From Promethearchaeota archaeon (GTDB taxonomy: Archaea; Asgardarchaeota; Lokiarchaeia; Sigyniarchaeales; SOKP01): a stretch of DNA of 64,000 nt. The notes beneath the pieces are model-generated. The model saw only the letters and a list, made by a program, of their open reading frames with translations, searched no databases and was not told where the DNA came from. Shown piece after piece: positions 39,779-49,429 of this stretch. The stretch covers positions 752,785-816,784 of the forward strand of contig JBHLNF010000001.1 of NCBI GenBank assembly GCA_048937405.1. Direction: 5' to 3'. The first letter of the stretch is position 1. Every line of letters starts with the position of its first letter. The translations under genes and the position numbers were made by a program.

Positions 39779-41299
39779 TCATTCTTGTTTTAATTGGTTT
39801 CTGATAATTATGTTACAGTTTTCTAGAAACTCATCTGCTTTATCAATGGGAATTTTTGTTCCTGCTGCGGGAGGATGTCCACCCCCTAATACTTCCAAAT
39901 TTGATAGATCACATGCTTTTCTAATAGCTTGAGAGAGATTTATCCCCTTTGATACTAATCTCTTATGTGCTCTTCCTGAAACTTTATAAACATTTTCATC
40001 TTCTCTTATTGCTAAACCAAATATTGGTTTTGCTTTATCAAAATCCTCAAGATCTTCGAACACCAACATGGATGTAACTGTTCCAATAATGTTTTCTGGA
40101 ATAACATCTTCTCCAAAAAAATATTGAATATATTCTTTATGTTGAATTTTTTGATTATCCTGAATCCATTTAAGACTCTTTAATAATGCTTTTTTATAAT
40201 TAGAATGTGCTTCTTGAGATTGTTGATAAGCTTTTTTTCTATCTCCCATTGCAATTGCAATTCCTAATGAAGCATTATTAGTTCTTCCACAAGCATTTAA
40301 AAGATTGGAAAATTCTGTTAAATCATGAAATTCTGAGCCAACTATTTCTTTTTTCAACAAGTAACGATTTATAATTAATTTTTTAATGATTTCACTTGGT
40401 TCAATATCAAATTTGGTTGCTGTGTATTCAATAATTGCTGTAGAAATCTTTTGTTTTTCATCTTGATTAAGCTCGCTTAAGGTACGAATATTACCTTTTG
40501 AATCTTCCATTAAAATACCTAAGGCTTGTAAAAATATCAGAGTTCTATTAACATCACCAGTTAATCCTGGTAAATTTATATCTTTCGAATATGCAATTGC
40601 TTCATTTAATGGTTTTATTGAAGGAAAATTTAGATCATTTTTGATTTCAATAAGTCCACTCTTTTTAGCATCCTCTAAAATGTATGAATTCATGCCTAAA
40701 AACGACTTATTTGGTCCTTGTGTCTGAATATCTCCCATAGCTCCAACTAATGCTATCGAAGATAAATCTATGTTCTTCTCATTTAAAGATTTGGCAAAAA
40801 AATAACATACACCAGCACCAGAAATCTCTAAACTTCCATCAATATTGAAAAAATACGGATTAATATGCCATTGAAATGTATTTTTATGAATTTCCTCAAT
40901 CAGATCAATATCTTCTTTAGAAGATACATTCTGAGGTAGATGATGATCTAGGATAATAAAGGAATTATATTTTTCATTTAGAATTAATTGATTTTGAAGT
41001 TCTAAGTATTGGCCACTCCCAAAATCAGAAAATATTAAAAATTTTTTAAATTCCCTTATATTTTTGGAGATTTTTAATATTTCTTCTCTCTCCAATTGAC
41101 GTAAGACTGTTATTTGAAATGGTATTTCTTCTCTATACAAAGCCTTACCTAAAATTGCCCCTGAACTCAATCCATCTGCGTCCAGATGGGTATAAATATG
41201 AATAGATGAATGATTATCTTTTATATTATTAATAAAATTATGCTTTACAATTTCTATAGCGTCATTAAATAGTCCTATTTTTTTTTTAAAATCTTTCAT
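39779..41299 (-). CDS. DHH-family phosphoesterase, RecJ/GAN (Cdc45-related)
   Basis: HLDADG, SDFG, LDHH, LLNACGR, GGGHPPAAG (DHHA1). Confidence 0.9.
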   Translation of the reverse strand: MKDFKKKIGLFNDAIEIVKHNFINNIKDNHSSIHIYTHLDADGLSSGAILGKALYREEIPFQITVLRQLEREEILKISKNIREFKKFLIFSDFGSGQYLELQNQLILNEKYNSFIILDHHLPQNVSSKEDIDLIEEIHKNTFQWHINPYFFNIDGSLEISGAGVCYFFAKSLNEKNIDLSSIALVGAMGDIQTQGPNKSFLGMNSYILEDAKKSGLIEIKNDLNFPSIKPLNEAIAYSKDINLPGLTGDVNRTLIFLQALGILMEDSKGNIRTLSELNQDEKQKISTAIIEYTATKFDIEPSEIIKKLIINRYLLKKEIVGSEFHDLTEFSNLLNACGRTNNASLGIAIAMGDRKKAYQQSQEAHSNYKKALLKSLKWIQDNQKIQHKEYIQYFFGEDVIPENIIGTVTSMLVFEDLEDFDKAKPIFGLAIREDENVYKVSGRAHKRLVSKGINLSQAIRKACDLSNLEVLGGGHPPAAGTKIPIDKADEFLENCNIIIRNQLKQE

Positions 41300-41412
41300 C
41301 TTCTTTACTGAATGGTAATCATATATACAAAATTAATATTATATTATATTACATTATCAAAATAATAATAAATACTAAATTAAAAAAAGTAATTTTAAGA
41401 AGGTGAAAATGT

Positions 41413-42408
41413 GTGCATCATGTAAAAATAAACGAATTAGCTAAACATATCATTGATAAAATAATACAAAATAAGGAAATCTATAACGTGAAGATTAATA
41501 AACTAAATAATGGCTCAACAATTCTCGATATGACAAATGCTTCTTGGATCGGAGGGAGACTTCTTGGAGAGATTTGTATGGGGGGATTAGGAACAGTAGA
41601 GTTTTCTTCTTATGATTTAGATGGTCATTACATGCCAAGTGTAAATGTTTATACTTCCGAACCAATTATTTCCTGTATGGCATCTCAATTAGCGGGATGG
41701 AGTGTTAAACTGAAAAAAGAAGTAGAAAAAGAAGGACAATTAAAAAAAAAAATTGTGTTTCAATCTTTAGGATCCGGACCTGCTCGCGCAAAGAGCAAGA
41801 TAGAAAAGATTTTTGAAGAATTAGATTATACTGATAATTCTAATTGTGCGGTAATTGTTTTTGAAACACCGAAATTACCAAATGAAGAAGTTATGGATAT
41901 TGTAGCTGAGAAATGTGGAGTTAATCCGGACAATACTTATGCAGCTTGTGCTCCCACTGCTTGTCTGACAGGATCAATACAAGTAGCTGCTAGAATTGTA
42001 GAAACAGGTATACACAAGTTACATGAAATTAAATTTCCTATAGATGTTATAACTAACGGTTTTGGAACTACTACCATTGCTCCTGTTGCTAAAGATGATC
42101 TTAATGCAATGGGGCGAACTAACGACTCAATAATTACTGCGGGTTTAACATATTATACAATTAATGTTAAGAAGGAAAAAGAGGGAGAATTATTTGAACT
42201 TGTTAAAAAAGCTCCCGCAAATACATCATCTAGTTATGGAAAACCATTCGTTGATACTTTCAAAGAAGTAAATTATAATTTCTATGATATTGATCCTGGA
42301 TTATTCGCACCCGCAACCTATACTATAACAAATATTAATACAGGCAAAAGTATAAGTGTAGGAAAAGTAAATCATGAGTTATTAAAACAATCTTATGGCT
42401 TAAAATAA
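41413..42408 (+). CDS. mch: Methenyl-H4MPT cyclohydrolase
   Basis: ICMGGL, SQLAGW, GSGPARA, GSIQVAARIVETGIHK, AMGRTND, YGKPF, IDPGLFAPA. Confidence 0.95.
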   Translation: MHHVKINELAKHIIDKIIQNKEIYNVKINKLNNGSTILDMTNASWIGGRLLGEICMGGLGTVEFSSYDLDGHYMPSVNVYTSEPIISCMASQLAGWSVKLKKEVEKEGQLKKKIVFQSLGSGPARAKSKIEKIFEELDYTDNSNCAVIVFETPKLPNEEVMDIVAEKCGVNPDNTYAACAPTACLTGSIQVAARIVETGIHKLHEIKFPIDVITNGFGTTTIAPVAKDDLNAMGRTNDSIITAGLTYYTINVKKEKEGELFELVKKAPANTSSSYGKPFVDTFKEVNYNFYDIDPGLFAPATYTITNINTGKSISVGKVNHELLKQSYGLK

Positions 42409-42465
42409 CCTATAATTTTTTAAATAAAATCTTTCAGTTTTTTTATTGTTAAAAAACAAAAAATT

Positions 42466-43602
42466 TCACATATTATTTATTTCTGTTTCATATTTTAATA
42501 TTTCATCGTCAGTAATATCGCGATCAAATTTGATTTTCTTTTGAATTCCTAAGTAGGCGCAAGCTAATTTAGCAGCAGCAGCAACTTCTGCTTTTTTAAG
42601 TGTTATAGAATATTCATCCTGTTGAACAGGATCATCTTCATATGGATTTTCTTGATACTTTCTTTCATTAAATCTAACGGATCTTTCACTTTTCATTTTA
42701 TATAACAATGAAGACATTTTATTTGCTACTTTAAATGGTAATTGATTTTTAACTACCAATCGAATAATGTTATTGACATCAAAATAGTTTAAAGATTCAT
42801 ACTTAGCGCGAAGAAAGCTTTTAAGATTTTCCGAATTTTTTTCACATTCAATCTCAGTCCAATCATGAATAGCGAGTTTTCTTCGAAAAAATATTACTTC
42901 CCAGTCTATATTTAGTTCTTTCAATAACTCAAATAATAAATTATCATTCGGTTTTCTTGATTCTATAATTACGTAAAGTTGAAGTCCATAGTATTTGTGT
43001 TCTTGCTGAAGAAAAAAACCTCTTTGTTGCATAGAAGCAAGAATCAACACTTTTATGGAATATATATTTTCGGAAATATTTTTTTTTCCACAATTTAAAT
43101 ATATAACATTACCTTCTTCACTGATATATTCACAGTCTAAAAATCCTAATATGCTTTCCTTATTACTTTTGATAAAATCTAACAGTCCAGTAAGTGTTGG
43201 TTTAACATCATATTTAACTAAATCATTTTCACCAATTGTGACATAATCATTATAATTACTACCAACGGCTAATTTAATAGAATTTAATTTTAAATCTTTA
43301 TCAGCGCCAAAAACTTTCAGAAAAGCTTCATTAATAGGTAAGATTTCGTCTTCTAAAATTTTAACGTCGGCAATAGAGCTCTCATAAGGTTCTGGTTCAC
43401 TTAGTATCTTATTTAGCACAGGTGCTTCGGAGGCATCAACTTCAATTTCATATGATTTTGCCAGATCCTTTCGTATTATACAGAATGCTCTTTTCTTTTT
43501 ATTAAAAATAGAAATTGAAGAATTGTCGTCTATGACTGCTCTAAATTTTTCAATGAACTTACTTTCTGTTGTGTCTGAACCTACTCTTCTTCTTCGAATT
43601 TT
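42466..43602 (-). CDS. Hypothetical protein; frame stays open 61 codons upstream of the called GTG (start uncertain, possible 1-nt indel near 43600)
   Basis: Same frame continues KIRRRRVGSDTTESKFIEKF... up to a TAA at 43603-43605; a TTG-GTT-GAT-AAA-AAA start at 43613 lies one base out of frame. Confidence 0.6.
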   Translation of the reverse strand, partial: KIRRRRVGSDTTESKFIEKFRAVIDDNSSISIFNKKKRAFCIIRKDLAKSYEIEVDASEAPVLNKILSEPEPYESSIADVKILEDEILPINEAFLKVFGADKDLKLNSIKLAVGSNYNDYVTIGENDLVKYDVKPTLTGLLDFIKSNKESILGFLDCEYISEEGNVIYLNCGKKNISENIYSIKVLILASMQQRGFFLQQEHKYYGLQLYVIIESRKPNDNLLFELLKELNIDWEVIFFRRKLAIHDWTEIECEKNSENLKSFLRAKYESLNYFDVNNIIRLVVKNQLPFKVANKMSSLLYKMKSERSVRFNERKYQENPYEDDPVQQDEYSITLKKAEVAAAAKLACAYLGIQKKIKFDRDITDDEILKYETEINNM

Positions 43603-43793
43603 TTATCAACCAATTATTATTTAAAATAACTTCTTTCAGTTAATTAATGTATAAAATTATTATTTTATATTCTTAACTAAAAAATATTATAAGAATTTTC
43701 TTTTTAGAATTAAAAATATAATAGCCAAAATGATAACTGATTTTTAAAAATGAATTGATAAATTAAAGTTTATTAATAAAACCATTTAAATTT

Positions 43794-43973
43794 TTATTCT
43801 AATTCTCCTTCTAATAAGAAATGTTCTCCCTTCTTTACATATGTGACTGAAGAACCGAAATTATTACGAACGGTATATTTATCTCCTTGGATATCTAATA
43901 ATTCGATAGAATAAGATAACCTTCGTTGAGTTATGATTTCTTCAATAATTTCCTTCTCTTCTTGCGGATCCAT
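43794..43973 (-). CDS. Small acidic hypothetical protein (59 aa; not in ORF track)
   Basis: MDPQEEKEIIEEIITQRRLSYSIELLDIQGDKYTVRNNFGSSVTYVKKGEHFLLEGELE*; coding-like composition within AT-rich flanks. Confidence 0.7.
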   Translation of the reverse strand: MDPQEEKEIIEEIITQRRLSYSIELLDIQGDKYTVRNNFGSSVTYVKKGEHFLLEGELE

Positions 43974-44344
43974 GTTATTAAGTCATATATCAATACAAAA
44001 AAATTTTTTTATTTTATGAATCGATTTTACGAATTTTACAAATCTTTACTATCAAGAATTATTAGAAATTTAATATTTTAATTTATGGTTTGATATCATA
44101 TAAAAAGTAGTTAGATTCTCCCATATTATTTATAATCGAGGAGAAATAAATACGATATAAGATTAGCACTTAATAACATAGTTTTTAACTATAATAATCT
44201 TATTAAAAATTCGAGTTTTTTTTATTAAACAATATGTATTTTTATATAAACATGTGTTTAATTAAAATAATCAAAAAAAAACGTATGTTTTTTCTAAAAA
44301 TTTTTTTTTTCTAAATAGTTCAATCTTTTACCTCTCGAAATATA

Positions 44345-45595
44345 ATGGTTAAACAAAAGTTAAATATTGGATTTTTCACTTCAATGTATTCACAGGTGAA
44401 TGGTACTGCGATTGCCTGTAGAAACCTTGCTGAAGCAATTGCTAAATATACAGATCACGACATTCATGTTTATGCTCCGGGGATTTATAAACCTAAAAAC
44501 ATTCCCAAGAATCTACACCTCCATAACTTTTTTGGGGCCAAAATATCACCTAAAACTGGAGTAGTATTAAGTCTACCGATACACAAATACTTTTTTTGTA
44601 ATCATGATTATTTAGATATTGCCCATATACACACGCATGCTAGTTTTGGATCTATGGCGATCAATTGGGCTAAATATTTAGGTATTCCGATGACAGGAAC
44701 ACATAATTCTCCAATGTCTTTTTATACCTCACAATACATACCTGTATTTGGCAAATTATTGGCAAGAATGGATTGGGTTTGGCGCTATGAAAGACATGTC
44801 TTAGATAAGTATGATCTTGTTTCTGTACCAACCAAATCAAAAAAAGAACTACTTAGAGATCAAAGGTTTAAGGAGCCAATTGTATGTTTAACTAATGGAA
44901 TTTCAGATTTGTATTTTTCAGATGTGAAAGAAAACGGGATAAGAGATAAATATAATTTAGATGATAAAAAGATTCTTCTATATGCCTCTAGGTTATCACC
45001 AGAAAAACATCAATTAAATATCATTAAAACTTTCAAAAAAATTCATAAAGAAGTACCTGATTCACATTTAGTATTAGTTGGTAGTGATGGCCCATCGACA
45101 TCTTCTGTCTTAAAATTAATCAAAAAGAAGAATTATAAGGATAGTGTATCTTATTTGGGCCGAGTTCCATTTAACGACCTATTAAAATTATATAATATTG
45201 CAGATTTAGCTTGTCTTTGGTCTTGGATTGAAGCAGAGGGATTAGTTTTAATTGAAGCAATGGCACAAGGAACACCTTGTATAGGAGCAAACGCAGTTGG
45301 AATTTCTAATGTAATTAAACATGGCAAAACAGGATATCTAGCAGATAATCTTGATGAATTCAAAAAAAAAGTTGTTGAATTATTTAAAGATGATGATTTA
45401 CGGGCACAAATGGGAATAAATTCAAAAATGGTTGCTCAAAATTATAGAATTAGCACAGTTGCTAAGACCTGGATAAAATTATATAAATTTATTATAAATG
45501 AACTTTATCCATTGAGATACTATAAAAAGGAAAGAAAGGAAAGAGTCGAATTAGTTAAAGAATTTATACATAAATTACCAATTGTAAGTTTTTAA
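44345..45595 (+). CDS. GT4 glycosyltransferase (diacylglycerol glucosyltransferase-like)
   Basis: FT..Y..QVNG, HIHTH, GTH, NGI, SRLSPEK, VGSDGP, EAEGLVLIEAMAQGTP. Confidence 0.85.
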   Translation: MVKQKLNIGFFTSMYSQVNGTAIACRNLAEAIAKYTDHDIHVYAPGIYKPKNIPKNLHLHNFFGAKISPKTGVVLSLPIHKYFFCNHDYLDIAHIHTHASFGSMAINWAKYLGIPMTGTHNSPMSFYTSQYIPVFGKLLARMDWVWRYERHVLDKYDLVSVPTKSKKELLRDQRFKEPIVCLTNGISDLYFSDVKENGIRDKYNLDDKKILLYASRLSPEKHQLNIIKTFKKIHKEVPDSHLVLVGSDGPSTSSVLKLIKKKNYKDSVSYLGRVPFNDLLKLYNIADLACLWSWIEAEGLVLIEAMAQGTPCIGANAVGISNVIKHGKTGYLADNLDEFKKKVVELFKDDDLRAQMGINSKMVAQNYRISTVAKTWIKLYKFIINELYPLRYYKKERKERVELVKEFIHKLPIVSF

Positions 45596-45612
45596 TTATT
45601 TTCTTTTAACAT

Positions 45613-46368
45613 TTAAAAATTGTATTCTTCTCTTTTTTTGTTCAATATATTCATGCATTTTTCACATAATTCTTTTTCTTTTCTATCGATTTCATCAATA
45701 TCAGTAGAAAATTTCATAACGCAAGATGGATTATTACAATGATTAGGACCTAAAATTAAATGACCAATTTCATGAATTATTTCTTTAATAATTCTTTCTT
45801 CGAGAAGAACACGATTTTCTAATCTATTATAAAATTGTTCTTTTAATTTTAATGATGATACTATACAACAACGATGTTTTAAATTAGCCTCTCCAAATAA
45901 GAATAAAATATTATCATTATTACTTGAAAATATGGGGAGATCAGTAATAGCAAGTATCATCCCCAGATTTTCTTCCCTCTTTTTCTCTATTAATATTTGG
46001 TAGAATTTATTGGTTGGATGTAATTCAACTTTATTTGAAGATTTTTTCATTTCTCTAAATTCTTTTTTTACACCCTTATAGAATAGTTTAATACTAAAAT
46101 TAAATACTCCTAAATTTCTAATATCAAAAAAAAAGGAATCAAATATATTGTTTAGATTAATTGATAACCTTTTAAACAAGGATACATCAAAATTTCCAAA
46201 AAACATAATTCCTAAATGACAGGGTAGAATTAGTTTATTAAAGGGCTCATCTACTAACTCAAATTCTATAGAGTAAGAAATTCCCCTCCGAGTTAACAAT
46301 TTTTTAAATTTTTTTAAATGTTTTCTTATTTTTTTTGAATATTTTTGGAGTTTTGGCATTGCTAACAT
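45613..46368 (-). CDS. Archaemetzincin-family Zn metalloprotease
   Basis: FLFGEA, KEIIHEIGHLILGPNHC-x4-CVM-x16-CEKC. Confidence 0.85.
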   Translation of the reverse strand: MLAMPKLQKYSKKIRKHLKKFKKLLTRRGISYSIEFELVDEPFNKLILPCHLGIMFFGNFDVSLFKRLSINLNNIFDSFFFDIRNLGVFNFSIKLFYKGVKKEFREMKKSSNKVELHPTNKFYQILIEKKREENLGMILAITDLPIFSSNNDNILFLFGEANLKHRCCIVSSLKLKEQFYNRLENRVLLEERIIKEIIHEIGHLILGPNHCNNPSCVMKFSTDIDEIDRKEKELCEKCMNILNKKREEYNF

Positions 46369-46509
46369 ATTTAAAGTTACTGTAAATAATAAGTTTCTTT
46401 CTAGAAATCTAATAATATACCATAGAATTTTGTTTTTAATAGGTATTTAAGTTAGTAATAATATTATAATCTAAAAATCAACATTTTAATTATATAACTA
46501 CTCTTTATT

Positions 46510-47484
46510 ATGTCTGAAAGTTCAGAAGTAAAAGAAATTGTGAAAAAAGATTTTATCCCTCATTTTTTTCCAACTTATAGAATAAAAAGAAAATTATACC
46601 CATTACCTATAATCCTCGTGGTTCTAATTGCAGGAATTTTAGCATATTTAAGTTATGTTATAGCTGGATATCAATATGATGGGGGTTATTTTCCAGAGAG
46701 TGAGATGGGTGTTTTGGGGGGACTTTTAAATGGGTTAATCTATACAGCATTAGCAGTAATTTCTGCATTTATTATAATTTTTATAATTAAAAAAAGAGGC
46801 ATAGATGTTTTAAAATATATTTTTGGATTTAGTTTTGGCTTAATAGGATTTTTTCAAACATATTTTTTTGGATATATAATACTTTTTTTGTTATTTTCAA
46901 ATTTACCAATTTTATTTGAAGTTTCCCATGCCGAATTGATTTTTCTTTCAGCAGTTTTTACAATCCTTATGATATACCAATATTTTACTTCAAAATCAAT
47001 AAAAACAAAAAATTTTGTTGTATTATATATAGGATTATTAATTGGAGCAACAATGGGTATTATAATGCCCCTTTGGACAACTTTAGCCATATTAATCGGA
47101 ATTTCTTGTTGGGATCTTTTTGCTGTTTTATATAAACATGGACCAATAAAACAATTAATAGATATTGCATCAACTCCAGAAGATGAGGATATAATATCTA
47201 AGGAAGAATTGAATCATAAAATTAAAAGTGGAGAATATGAGTACGACACATCCAAATTAGAAATTGGGATAGGAGATTTAGCATTTTACAGTATGTTAAC
47301 CTCAAGTGCCCTTGTTCAAACAAATAATATACTCGTTATGATTTTAACTTCTGTCGCTATTATTATAGGAACTGGTATAACAATTTCTGGATTAAAAAGA
47401 AATAAATTATTACCTGGATTACCTATATCTATTTTTCTAGGGATTGGCATAATGTTATTCTCATGGTATCTTTTCACAATCTAA
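46510..47484 (+). CDS. Presenilin-family GxGD intramembrane aspartyl protease
   Basis: ISCWDLFAVLYKHGPIKQL (cf. PS1 ISVYDLVAVLCPKGPLRML), IGIGDLAFYSML (LGLGDFIFYSVL), LPGLPISI (LPALPISI). Confidence 0.9.
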   Translation: MSESSEVKEIVKKDFIPHFFPTYRIKRKLYPLPIILVVLIAGILAYLSYVIAGYQYDGGYFPESEMGVLGGLLNGLIYTALAVISAFIIIFIIKKRGIDVLKYIFGFSFGLIGFFQTYFFGYIILFLLFSNLPILFEVSHAELIFLSAVFTILMIYQYFTSKSIKTKNFVVLYIGLLIGATMGIIMPLWTTLAILIGISCWDLFAVLYKHGPIKQLIDIASTPEDEDIISKEELNHKIKSGEYEYDTSKLEIGIGDLAFYSMLTSSALVQTNNILVMILTSVAIIIGTGITISGLKRNKLLPGLPISIFLGIGIMLFSWYLFTI

Positions 47485-47612
47485 GATCTAAAAAAGTATA
47501 TCATAAATAGAATAAATAAAAATATTATTTTTAAAAAGGAATTTTATCAACAACTTTTATTATCCTTTTAAATTATTTTATTTATAAAAAAAATAATAGT
47601 AAGGATGTTCTA

Positions 47613-48797
47613 ATGATAGATATTAATGATTTTAAAGAATTTTCAGTTATAGGAGCGGGTACAATGGGTCGTGAGATTGCGCAAGTAGCAATCATGTCGG
47701 ATCAATTTGAAAAAGTAAATTTATGGTCAAGAACTCAAAAAACTTTAGATATTGCGGACAAATTTATTGAGAATGGCATTAAAAAATTAGAAGCTAAAGA
47801 ATTATTAGGAGGAAAATCTGCTAAAAGTATTTTGGATAAATTAGTAATAGAAAAAGATTTTGAAAAAGCTTCTAAAGCCGATTTTATAGTTGAATCCATA
47901 CCAGAATTTATGGATCTCAAACAATCAACTTTTGAAAAATTAGGAAATTTAGCTCCGGAATATACGATACTAGCCACAAATACATCTACGATGAGTATCA
48001 CAGAAATTGCCTCTAGTTCGGGTAGACCCGATAAAGTAGTTGGAATGCATTTTTTCACCCCTATACCTGTACTTGAATTGATTGAACTTATTAGAGGTGA
48101 AAAAACTTCAGATGAAACTTTTGAAATTAGTGCTGCTATTGGTGAATCACTTCCTTACATTGGAGGAAAAAAGTTTGTCGCCCGAATTGAAAAAGAAAGT
48201 CCAGGATTTATTGTTAATAGATTAACAATTGCAAGTGGAGCATATATAGATTGGTTAACTGATGTTGCTATGGAAAAAGGGATTCCATGGAAGGATCTTA
48301 ATGAAGATCTTGGTGTTCCAAATCAAATGGGAGGTCTTGCTAAAAGAGATTATTTAGGTTTAGATGTAATTCGCAATGCGGCAAAATATTTCGAGGAAAT
48401 TGTTTCTTCAGACTTTGCTACCGGAAAAGCTTTAGCCAAATTAATTAATGAAGGGAATATAGGAAGGAAAACAGGAAAAGGTTTTCTTGAATGGACTGAA
48501 GATGGAAGACCTATAACTGATGGAGCAAAAAAGGCGAATATAGGAAATATGGAGTGTTTCATGGCGCTACAAATGAATGAAGGTTGCAGGCTCTTAGAAG
48601 AAGGAATTGTTTCGAGTTATAAGACAATCGATAAAACAATGATTGCTGGAATGCGTTCACGTGGTCCATTCGAAGTAGGAATGAATAAATATAAAGAATG
48701 GTGCAAATTATTAGACGATTTTGCGGATAAATCAGGAAAAAACTATTTTCGTCCATCGAAATTAATGCGATCAGGAGATTTTCTGAAATATAAGTAA
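47613..48797 (+). CDS. 3-hydroxyacyl-CoA dehydrogenase (duplicated C-terminal domain)
   Basis: GAGTMG, VESIPE..LK, ATNTS, GMHFF.P, PGFIVNR, GRKTGKGF. Confidence 0.9.
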   Translation: MIDINDFKEFSVIGAGTMGREIAQVAIMSDQFEKVNLWSRTQKTLDIADKFIENGIKKLEAKELLGGKSAKSILDKLVIEKDFEKASKADFIVESIPEFMDLKQSTFEKLGNLAPEYTILATNTSTMSITEIASSSGRPDKVVGMHFFTPIPVLELIELIRGEKTSDETFEISAAIGESLPYIGGKKFVARIEKESPGFIVNRLTIASGAYIDWLTDVAMEKGIPWKDLNEDLGVPNQMGGLAKRDYLGLDVIRNAAKYFEEIVSSDFATGKALAKLINEGNIGRKTGKGFLEWTEDGRPITDGAKKANIGNMECFMALQMNEGCRLLEEGIVSSYKTIDKTMIAGMRSRGPFEVGMNKYKEWCKLLDDFADKSGKNYFRPSKLMRSGDFLKYK

Positions 48798-48854
48798 TAG
48801 TTCAATGGATAACTAATATTTAAATAAAAAATCTACATTTTTTTAGCAACCAAT

Positions 48855-49127
48855 ATGTCTGAAAAAAGAGATGCCCCCAGAACAGGAATAGAAAAAATAA
48901 TTGCGTATTTTAATGAAATTCTTGAAATAAATCATCCCATCGCCATTGCTAAGATTGTGGAAGACACAGGTTTATCTTGGAGTTTCATTAAGAAATCATT
49001 AACTAAAATTAAAGAGGAATTTGATGGATTTCATTTTGAAAAATCAGGAAATACATGGATCATTTGGAAAGATCGAGATCATCTAATAAAAAAACTTGAT
49101 CAAACATGTTCTCGTTTTTTAGATTAA
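48855..49127 (+). CDS. Small winged-HTH-like protein
   Basis: IAKIVEDTGLSWSFIKKSL HTH-like pattern followed by a beta-wing (FEKSGNTWIIW). Confidence 0.6.
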   Translation: MSEKRDAPRTGIEKIIAYFNEILEINHPIAIAKIVEDTGLSWSFIKKSLTKIKEEFDGFHFEKSGNTWIIWKDRDHLIKKLDQTCSRFLD

Positions 49128-49382
49128 TCTAGAAAGTTTTTTCGTTCTCTAATTTTAAAAAATCATCATAATTAGAACTCAAATTAGAAACAATTTTTAT
49201 TAAAATTTTTCATTTCTTTTAATTATGAATATTATTTGTTGAGAAAGTTTAGCTATTATGAGCTTTATTAACTTGAAAAACCTTGACTTTTTTTTATATC
49301 AATTAATTAAAGTCTATTAAAAAGAAAATTTAACATTTAATACTCGATAAAAAACCTTTTTATTAGTGTTGGATTTTACTTA

Positions 49383-49398
49383 GTGTGAAATTTCACAC
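49383..49398. promoter_or_regulatory. Perfect 16-bp palindrome, candidate operator of the frhB-like gene
   Basis: GTGTGAAATTTCACAC, 31 bp upstream of the start codon and just downstream of a TATA-like TTTTATTA. Confidence 0.55.
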
Positions 49399-49429
49399 AA
49401 ATAAAAATTAACGAACATGGTTAAATTAA

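Noticed and set aside
31682-42408. ftr/mtd/mch as evidence of methanogenesis
   Set aside because: No mcr or mtr genes in the window; these enzymes also serve the archaeal Wood-Ljungdahl methyl branch in non-methanogens
44225-44295. AAAC-N4-GTTT mini-palindromes upstream of the GT4 gene
   Set aside because: Too short and AT-rich to distinguish from background
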